NCBI GenBank assembly: GCA_030141605.1
Contig: JAQGDQ010002367.1
Coordinates: 868,001 to 932,000, forward strand
DNA: 64,000 bases
Direction: 5' to 3'
Source of the DNA: Tubiluchus corallicola
Lineage: Eukaryota; Animalia; Priapulida
Shown here: piece after piece, positions 62,861 through 64,000 of the stretch
Layout of the letters: every line of letters begins with the position of its first letter
Position numbering within the stretch: the stretch's first letter is position 1
Translations under genes and position numbers: made by a program
The notes under the pieces: model-generated
The model's input: only the letters and a program-made list of their open reading frames with translations
Told to the model about the DNA's origin: nothing
Database searches by the model: none

Positions 62861-63039
62861 GTTACAGAGGCTGGGACTGCACTGATTCTAGTCACGCTTT
62901 AACAGACGGTCAGCTCATAGCTAATACGTTACTACTTACATTGAGTAATTTGTTTTTCATACCAGCTGTGATACTAGCCATCTACAGGAAGTACTACACT
63001 GAAGCACTGGTTTACTTTGTCACCATGTTTTTCTCAACG
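62861..63039 (+). CDS. PGAP6: PGAP6/TMEM8 exon, end of EGF and first CREST-family TM helices (GYRGWDCTD...[13 protein letters not shown]...[13 protein letters not shown]); gene continues beyond the window
   Basis: tgttttag / gtaaga, phase 1-0. GxxGWxCTD, LLLTLSN and MFFST signatures. Confidence 0.96.
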
Positions 63040-64000
63040 GTAAGAACTAAGAATTTCATAATGCATGAAACATTCATAATACATTCATGTATTTCTCGAA
63101 GTTTCTGTAATAATACTAATTAGATTGACATAGTATTTTAGTTCAATTTAAGAATTGTATTATAGTTTACTATAATTACTATATATTATATGTATAGAGT
63201 TTCCTTTTTTGTTACTTGGAAATTCATACTTATTTTTAATTTGACAAAAGAAATGTTAGTTCAGTAGTTTTGTTTGTTTGTTTTTCATTCTATATTTATA
63301 GCTCGCAGTCTATATGTAATCATTATAAAAATGATTATGTCGACATTATAGTACTTATAGTATGTCTTAAACGCCCTTGCATTTTTGTTAAACTTTGCGA
63401 CAACGTAAATCACTTTTAAGAGCACATTGTCATAGTTAGACTAATTCCTCTATTGTACATACTGTTTTATTATGATGATTTATGTGTCAAGTAATGTTTA
63501 AAGCACAAGAAAACACTCTTCGTAGATAAAGTTTTAAAAAATTCGCTTTGAAATTTTATATTACTTACATGCTGCCTTACTGCATAAACAGCTTGCATTA
63601 GCAGTAACACGTATAAAACTTGTGTATTTAAACTCCCACAGTGACCTTTAAGCGTAGTCATTTGATGGTAAGTCATTTGGAATAAGTTCAGATAATATTG
63701 CGTAAAGTTTTAAAAAATAATCGGAGCATTCGTAGCACATTCTTCACTAACTAAGAAAAGGTTTTATAACTTAACTTTAATATAATTACTTTATATTTTT
63801 AATAAGATCAATAATGTGTTTTTTGCTGAGTGAGAATTATTAAGAATTTTCTTTTCTAATTATGTAAGTCTTTCAAATAGGTAAGCATCATGCAAAGTAA
63901 TATAACTTTGTGTGGGAAGTTTTTTGGGACATACTTTAAAATAACCTTTTTCCCCGTTAACTAATATTATATAAGTAAATAAATGCAGTTCACGTCAATG

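Overview
AT-rich, intron-rich animal genomic DNA (invertebrate, probably arthropod; inferred from gene content and repeat types). Three host genes can be assembled exon by exon with consistent GT-AG sites and phases. (1) The 3' half of ZPR1 on + (exons 90-156, 612-772, 1947-2057, 3362-3520, 4924-5052). (2) A convergent multi-pass membrane RING-H2 gene of the RNF145/RNF139(TRC8) type on - (exons 15164-15434/15440, 9840-9986, 8954-9066, 7381-8130). (3) PGAP6/TMEM8 on + (9 coding exons from 45733 to 63039; the signal-peptide exon was not located and the gene continues past the window). Introns and intergenic DNA carry MITEs (Merlin-like, hAT, pogo/Tigger, foldback), a 3-copy tRNA-derived SINE, LINE relics, mini- and microsatellites. 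The standout is a young, 5'-truncated R2-clade retrotransposon (RT + CCHC + restriction-like endonuclease; ~41991-44162). It lies outside rDNA, nested in a dead RTE LINE, at a site whose upstream 23 nt resemble the canonical 28S R2 target in register. All calls are by eye; no searches were run.
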